NCBI GenBank assembly: GCA_001600815.1
Contig: BCKZ01000004.1
Location: forward strand, 124,001 to 188,000
Direction: 5' to 3'
Length of the DNA stretch: 64,000 bases
DNA from: Alloascoidea hylecoeti
Taxonomy: Eukaryota
The first letter of the stretch is position 1. Each line of letters begins with the position of its first letter. A program made the position numbers and the translations under genes. Shown here one piece after another: positions 59,569-64,000 of this stretch. The notes under the pieces are model-generated. The model searched no databases and had not been told where the DNA came from. It worked only from the letters and a program-made list of their open reading frames with translations.

Positions 59569-60750
59569 TTATCGGAAGGCAACCTCTTTTGGTAATTTAA
59601 AAGATACACAAAAACAAACAATACATAGTGTTTGGTTGGTGCAACATCTCGAACATGATGAAATTCATCAACAATTCTTTCCCAAATTCGTTTTTGTATT
59701 TCTTCTTTTGATGTTTTTGAAAACAATGAACATGAATAAATGGTAAAGTAAAATCTGATAAATTTGAATCTCTTATTGAACGAACATATGAGTTATCGTA
59801 AATTTCAATAAAGTGGTGTAAAAACGTAATTGCACTATCGGGAAGATTCATAACGAAATGTTCGAATAGTTTTGGGCCTTATGTTGCTATTCTTTCAACG
59901 GCTACTGGTACTATACTAGCACCTTTTGAATTTAGTTCCAATTTTTGTCTATGTTTTGGTGGTTTTGGTTCATCAATGAAAAGTTTTGGATTGTTTTCAA
60001 CCACTTCCTTCATGGTTGATACAGAATTCTTAATAAATTCAGCACTATCTTGATTAAAAGGAGACACAAACTTTCCAACTTTGTTTAATTTAATATTATT
60101 CTTTAGTGATTCATAACTATGAGGATTTAAATCATTAGCCAAAACAACTACTTTCTTTTTACCACCAGGTACTGCAAATGGACCAACACCTGCAAAAACA
60201 TCACCAACAATCCAAATGGTTTAAATTTCTTAACTAATCTTTCATGTTCTGTATGAAGTTTTGAATTCCAATAAACTTATGAATAATTGAATTGAAATAT
60301 ACAATCTGATTCTCTTTTTTCAACATCAAGATTTGTATCACCAACTAAAACTTCCATTTTAAAAGTTCTAAATTTCGTTGCAATGTTATCAGCTTTATTA
60401 ACAACCGTTTTTATTGTTTGGATTTATCTAAAATAACTTGACCAATTAATTTTTTGTATGGTAAATATTCATCTCTTAAATTTATATGAGCCACATGTCT
60501 AGTCATTGCAAAAGTAGCAGGTGCACCATCTAATGAATCAATTGGTAAAACACTGTGTAAAATATCTTCTGTTTTCCAACATGAATAATCTAATGTTATA
60601 ATATGTGATTGTAATTCAACATTGAATTCATTCAATACTGATAAGGTTTCAAGACTTGCTGATTTTTTAGCATCCTCAATTGTTGGATAATCTAATAAAA
60701 CAACTTTTGTAGGTTTATTATCTTTTTGAATTGTTACAATATGAAAAGCT
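59569..60750 (-). pseudogene. TRM5: TRM5 (tRNA m1G37 methyltransferase) pseudogene lacking its 5' end
   Basis: HINLRDEYLPYKKLIGQVILDK, [frameshift] KTVVNK..KFRTFKMEVLVG, FNYS*VYWNSKLHTEHERL, [frameshift] GDVFAGVGPFAVP, LANDLNPHSYESL, HFVMNLPDSAITFL, VRDVAPTK, SFKLPKEVAFR*. Confidence 0.9.
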
Positions 60751-60789
60751 GAGTAACCATTTGCAAGTGGAGTATAATATATTTGACCG

Positions 60790-61389
60790 TTTTGTTTCCA
60801 TTTTGATTTTAGGAATCTTAGAAATTTCAAATATTCAACAGAAAATAATTTTTTATGGAATTTAAATCCAATTAATCAAAATTTTATAAATAAATCATAT
60901 CTTTTAAATGAACCACAATTTATAATATCAAATTTTGAAAATTATGAAATAAATTGTAGGATTTTATTAAATAGACATCAAATTTCTAATGATAAAGGAT
61001 TAGGAAGTTCAAATTTTATTAGTTTTAATATTTATGATACTAACAAATTAATTATTATACAACATGAATTTAGAACTGTTTTTAAAAGAATTGAAGTAAA
61101 TACACCACATTATTTAGTTAAATTAAAAATTCCAGCAAAAACTTCTTATAATATGGTTGTTGTTGCGTCATTTAATAATGAAGAAAAAATATCAGTTAGA
61201 TCTTTTACATTATTAACTTATTCATCACCACCCTTAATAGTTACAAAAATTAAAAGTAATACTTCAATATCAAATTTAATTAAATTTGATTCAAAATGGG
61301 ATTTAAATTCAACTGGTGGTAATTGGATAGATTATTCATATTTAAAAAATCCTCAATTTTTAATAAATTGTAAAAATCAATTTCATTAA
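60790..61389 (+). pseudogene. Internal fragment of a calpain-like protease (Rim13/PalB, C2-like domains)
   Basis: Frame open for ~200 codons: EPQFII..ILLNRH..VNTPHYLVKL..FTLLTYS..KWDLNSTGGNW..SYLKNPQF. No catalytic domain and no plausible native start; ends abruptly. Confidence 0.7.
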
Positions 61390-61707
61390 TTTGTTGTCAT
61401 TTTGCATATCAAAGAATAAATGATAAAGATTATGATGATGGAATGAATATGAATCTTTAATAAATGGTTCGGATATATTTGAAGATGTTAAAGAATTATT
61501 TATTAGTTGGTTGGTATGATAATAATAATAAACATTTAAAAATTATTGAAAATTATTATTGAAAATTATTAACCATTTATATTTATTCATGATTTAGTTT
61601 GGTACTCTAACTTATATTGTCACTGGTATTTCTTTTTTTAATGCAATTATTTGTTCCAATCAAAGAAAAGTTTATTCATTATTGGGACGTTCACTTGATG
61701 ATGATCT

Positions 61708-61895
61708 AGATAATCAACAAGAAATTATTGAACAGTTATTTATTGACCAACATGGTCAAGAATTAATATTTAGAATAAGAGCAAAATCAGAAGATTATAG
61801 AGGGATAATATTGATTATGCTAAAGAGTGTGAATATTTGAAAACGTTGATACTGAAATACGGTGCTGCGAGTATATTACATCACATTCGTAAAGT
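61708..61895 (+). repeat. RFA1-like 3'-end fragment heading copy 2 of the nuclease-kinase unit
   Basis: Close match to the reverse complement of 24964-25155, with the same internal deletion. Reads IIEQLFIDQHGQELIFRIRAKSEDYRG..IDYAKECEYLKTLILKY. Confidence 0.9.
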
Positions 61896-62038
61896 ATAAT
61901 AAATCACATATCCAATGTAGAGAAATAATACATTCAACTTCTTTTTATATAACAATACATTTTCAAAATTCTGTCCTCAAAATCATTATTAAATCGTTTC
62001 TCTAAACGATATAATTTAAATATTCTACTCATTCCATA

Positions 62039-63978
62039 ATGAGAGATTTCGAGGAGGATTTCGACCAGTTTAAAAAAGAGGTTACAAAACAATCACAGCA
62101 ATATCATGGTAATGATAGGATTTACCTAATTAATTTAGAAAAAATGTTCGGCGATTTAGATAACCCTTCAAATTTAAAATCCTTTCAAGAATTCTTCTTG
62201 GGGTTCTTTGGTGCTGAGCAAGACGTCCTTCATATGAAGCAGTTCATGATGAATATTCCGATAACTGGTCTATTCCAGTATCCACAGCTTAATAGACCAA
62301 CAATGTTAAAGAAAAAAAAGAGCAGAGTTGCATCGATTTCCAATGCGGAAACAACCACTAAAAGCTCTAATGCAACCAGTAGTAAACTCAATCGAATGGT
62401 TGATTATTTCTCGAAAATTCAATTAGTATATGGTTCAACTCTTGACATGAGTGCATAGAGAGTCTATATTGAGACAGCACTTAGTAAACTCCCTCAGAAT
62501 AAGCTTAGAATCTTTATAGATCAACTAATGTTTCAAGGTGTTGTTAGGCTCGATTTGAACGAAGGTGTAGTTTCAACGTATCTCACAGCCAAACTATTCA
62601 ACCCTGGTATCCATCTGTTTAATTTATTAGCTGGCAAAGATCTTCTGCTTGCTAATCAAAAGCCAGCTTATTTTTACAAAGAAGAAGGTCCAGAATTAAA
62701 CTTGAGGACGGTCTCAGATTACGTGATAGTAAATAACAACAATAATTTGGTGTCCATAGAAGTTAAGCGTCCAATGTTGTTGGGGATGCTTTATAGTATT
62801 AAACCTTTCAAACCCGCTGAAAAGTTTGGTAAAAAGGCAGCAGAAACGATATATCAGTGCTTAAACTTAAAAACAACATTTTCAATTATAACTGACTACT
62901 ATATCATCTTCTTTATAGAGATTGCAGAAGCCGAAAAACAAAATCTTAAGAAGCACGATGGGAAAAAAGGTTCTTATAACAAAATTCAAATAAACTATCA
63001 TGTAATGCAATATAAAGACCCCAACGTTTTATTATTTTATACCATGTTTTTAAAAAAATCCATGCAACGGTATGAAGGAAACCAAATAGCTTCAACTAAA
63101 GTTCAAAAGAATCTTGAATCAATAGGTGCCAATCTTCGGAAACCTGATGGTGAAATAATTGAGGAGGAGAAAACTACTCGAGAAAATTTAAAAAAATGCT
63201 TTGAAAGCACAGAAATTATTAAATCTAAATCAATTGGGTTATGTGAAATGGATCTTATGATAACCACTAATAGAACATGGAAAAAACACATTATACAGTT
63301 CAAACCAGGAAAATATAATTCCAGCGTATTTCTCTTTGAAAGAAAAATGTTTTCTTAAAACTCATTGATGAGGGAAAATATGAAAAATTCCAAAATCTTC
63401 CTGAAAAGGATCTTATTATTAAGATCTTAGACCCCGTTCAAGTTCCTCGGTATAATTATCGATTAAGTGCAATGGGAGAAAAATGTTGCAGTTATTTCGA
63501 ATCCGAAATTAGGTGCTATGACAGAATAACCAGGGAGAAAAAGAAAAGAAGCTTTAAAAGAATTGCACCGGATCTTTACGGTTATGGATTCTGCAGTGGT
63601 GTAGATAAAAATATTTTAACTTCTGGGTTGTTTATGATTTTGGAATTTATAGACGGAAACAATCTAAAATTTAATGACTATGTTATAGCCGAGGAGAATT
63701 TAAACTATCTTCATTCACTGCAGATTGCTCATTGCGATATAAAACCGACTAATATGAAAAAAACAAATAAGGGAGAAATCTTTTTTTTTGATTTCGGTTT
63801 TAGTAGTACAACCAGAAGACCCTACAATAAATCAAAAACCAAAACTAATCTCCTAACTGCTCAAAATATCAGACAAGACAAGGATCTGGAAAAACTACAA
63901 TATTATAAAGATATACAAGGACAGAAAGAAAAAGAAGCAAATCGAAATAAAAAAAGGAAGATCACAAAGAAAAAATAA
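62039..63978 (+). pseudogene. Nuclease-like plus protein kinase gene, copy 2 (same TAG and frameshift as copy 1)
   Basis: ORF lengths and spacings are identical to 22831-24770. TAG at 62456-62458; frame change at ~63340-63358. Six amino-acid differences from copy 1 in the track translations. Confidence 0.8.
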
Positions 63979-64000
63979 AAATAAAAATAAAAATAAATTA

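Noticed and set aside
62456..62530. An intron removing the TAG or the later frameshift
   Set aside because: No convincing GTAAGT/GTATGT donor with branch point and acceptor brackets either lesion, and the intervening sequence is open and protein-like in frame.
1..64000. tRNA, rRNA or CRISPR loci, and a reassigned stop codon explaining the broken genes
   Set aside because: None were recognised by eye (tRNAscan-SE and Infernal were not run). Intact genes end normally in TAA, TAG and TGA, and the broken genes also contain frameshifts.

Overview
AT-rich fungal nuclear DNA, most likely from a budding yeast (Saccharomycotina): it has short GT-AG introns and reads sensibly in the standard code. Intact genes are a CYP504-type P450 (cut by the window edge), a Skg6/Tos2-like membrane protein with a tiny look-alike ORF upstream, SEC16, an orphan ORF, TPS1, TFC1, a secreted CBM1-GH5 mannanase, a probable mitochondrial helical-repeat protein, an SH3-RasGEF, RCY1, an F-box gene, PEX2, RNH203, CRM1 and an MDR reductase. 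Between them lie dead gene fragments (RFA1-like, NUR1-like, TRM5, RIM13/palB, SEC16) and transposon relics. The most unusual structure is a ~2.3 kb unit present twice in opposite orientation (22822-25155 and 61708-64000). It consists of the 3' end of an RPA70/RFA1-like gene followed by a PD-(D/E)xK-nuclease-like plus protein-kinase gene. At the first site this unit completes a full-length RFA1-like pseudogene and is followed by a second, differently deleted RFA1 3' end, which resembles the layout of yeast WHO homing elements at FBA1. Both copies share one in-frame TAG and one frameshift. A near-identical 670 bp inverted repeat of SEC16 sequence, set inside an older decayed copy, brackets a 9.4 kb segment. 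All family assignments come from manual translation and remembered motifs, not from database searches.
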